A stretch of DNA of 24,015 nucleotides from a virus (lineage: Duplodnaviria > Caudoviricetes): positions 1 to 24,015 of the IMG/VR virus record IMGVR_UViG_3300033981_002233; one strand, given 5' to 3'. A program made the position numbers and the translations under genes. Each line of letters opens with the position of its first letter. Within the stretch, counting starts at the first letter, position 1. The notes below the pieces were generated by a model that was not told the DNA's origin, ran no database searches, and saw only the letters and a list, made by a program, of their open reading frames with translations. Positions 23,861 to 24,015 of this stretch are shown one piece after another.

Positions 23861-23976
23861 CTTACTATACACCCCCATTGGCCGTTTGGTTCACAGGGAG
23901 CTTGACAAGCGTGTCACAATAGTCAGAACGCCTGCAGCGATGCTTGCGTTCCTCGCTAGCCACTCTCTCTGTTTTG

Positions 23977-24015
23977 ATGCTACGTTTCATTTTCCCCCTT
24001 CTGCTGCTTGGCAGC
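23977..24015 (+). CDS. Start of a probable secreted protein, truncated by the window end
   Basis: MLRFIFPLLLLGS... is signal-peptide-like; TTGACA at 23903 upstream. Confidence 0.45.
   Translation, partial: MLRFIFPLLLLGS

Noticed and set aside
23955-23973. GCTAG-CCACTCTCT-CTGTT resembling B sites
   Set aside because: Isolated, far from the recombinase, weak right arm; pyrimidine-rich 5' UTRs are common in this window.

Overview
The window is part of a tailed dsDNA phage genome. Several gene families resemble those of picocyanobacterial (Synechococcus/Cyanobium-type) phages; the host is an inference. Order: 3' part of a modular tail-fibre gene (1-1680); two small accessory genes; a 284-aa tyrosine recombinase; tail/virion genes (3263-7960); a minus-strand lysis cassette; an HNH nuclease; nucleotide-metabolism genes (DUF3310, thyX, dcd-like); a recombination module (SSB-like, exonuclease, Sak3-like); an RHH regulator divergent from a primase-helicase; a structured non-coding region; a terminase-small-subunit-like HTH gene; small hypothetical genes; and a candidate structured ncRNA. 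The most notable signal is a family of 19-bp quasi-palindromic sites (core TAG-N9-CTA). They occur in one codon phase at module borders inside the tail-fibre gene and again right after the stop codon of each gene between the fibre and the recombinase. This suggests a recombinase-driven, integron/shufflon-like cassette system that swaps tail-fibre modules and accessory genes. All calls come from manual reading and motif recognition; no database searches were run.
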